The notes under the pieces were generated by a model, which saw nothing but the letters and a program-made list of their open reading frames with translations, was not told the origin of the DNA and made no database searches. This document shows, piece by piece, positions 63,066 through 64,000 of a stretch of 64,000 bases of DNA; the first letter of the stretch is position 1; every line of letters starts with the position of its first letter. Where the stretch lies: NCBI GenBank assembly GCA_050273025.1, contig CP158635.1:32674001-32738000 (forward strand), read 5' to 3'. The DNA is from Cenococcum geophilum (taxonomy: Eukaryota). Position numbers and translations under genes: made by a program.

Positions 63066-64000
63066 GTATAAAGTCTAATACATCTATTTCTATAACTATC
63101 TCTAAACCTAGTTAATAGATTTTAAAAACTAGCTCCTAGGTAAATAATTCTTTAACTCTCTTAAATAGCTTTTATTATTCCTTTCCCCATACTTATAGTT
63201 TCTCTTTCTTTATTAATCGCGTAAATGGTTTAATATCCTTTAACTATTGCGCTATAAACCTTCTGTAGTAATTGCGAAACCTTAAAAATAATTTTAACTA
63301 TATAACGTTCTCTAGTTCTTACCAATTTACTATAGCCTTAATCTTCTTTAGATCTATACTAAGTTGGCCTAGTTTAATAATAAATCTGACAAAATCGGTC
63401 TTCTTAGTAAAGAACTCGTATTTTTTAATTGCTACTAGCATCTGTTCCTCTTATAGTCTCTTTAAGACCTATTTAATATATTCCCCATATTCTTCCTTAG
63501 TTATTAAGTAGATAATAATATTATTAAGATATACTATAACAAATTTATCCAAGTATTCTTCTAATACGTTATTAATACGCTTCTAGAACGTTGCTAGTGC
63601 GTTTATAAGCCCGAATTGTATAACTAATGGTTTATATAGTCCTTCCTTTAACCTAAAGGCTGCCTTCTATTTATTGCCTTCCTTAATTCTAATCTAATAG
63701 TACGCCTATCTTAGATCTATCTTCGTAAAGATTTACGCGTTGCCTATCCTGTCTTAGATTTCGCTAATTAAGGGTAAAGGATATCTATCCTTTCTAGTAA
63801 TGCTGTTTAACTGCCTATAGTTAATACACAGCCTTAGTTTACTATTCTTTTTTTAGTATAAATAGTACTAAATAACCCGTTAATGACTATAATAGTCTAA
63901 TATATCCCTTTTATAAGTTCTCTTAGATAAACTCTTTTAGTGCTCTACCTTCTTCTTCGGTAAGCTTATAGATTGGAAAAAACCTTAGACTTATTCCTAG

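Larger units (their letters stand above)
59825..64000 (-). mobile_element. Ty3/Gypsy family 1, copy 3 (3' half, cut by window edge)
   Basis: 3' LTR at 59825-60248, then reverse complement of antisense ORF, chromodomain, integrase, RNase H and RT of copies 1/2. Confidence 0.93.

Noticed and set aside
1..64000. Telomeric (TTAGGG)n, rRNA or tRNA genes, intact host genes
   Set aside because: None recognised. Isolated TTAGGG hexamers are expected by chance in RIPped DNA.

Overview
This window is gene-free, AT-rich fungal (Pezizomycotina-type) repeat DNA. Nearly every copy has been degraded by repeat-induced point mutation (RIP): TpA is in excess, stop codons are dense, and paralogous copies differ mainly by C>T/G>A. 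No intact host gene is visible. The window resolves into nested transposon relics, most with readable TSDs. These are a Crypton-type tyrosine recombinase, an ORF1-only LINE derivative, three copies of one chromodomain Gypsy family carrying an extra antisense ORF, two other Gypsy families, Copia-type elements (two non-autonomous), three solo LTRs, LINE RT fragments forming a ~2.1 kb foldback, a piggyBac-like transposase without canonical ends, a pogo/Fot1 element, a two-ORF Tc1-like element, and a PIF/Harbinger element with two related MITEs. The least explained part is a polar, modular 12-bp minisatellite family (AAGCTCTGCACG / GAACGCCTGCAC). It occurs in alternating orientations around GC-rich, largely RIP-free cores. 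Three cores share a conserved inverted-repeat cassette, and one of those sits upstream of the piggyBac-like gene. Family assignments come from manually translated, de-RIPped motifs, not database searches, and coordinates not anchored by TSDs are approximate.
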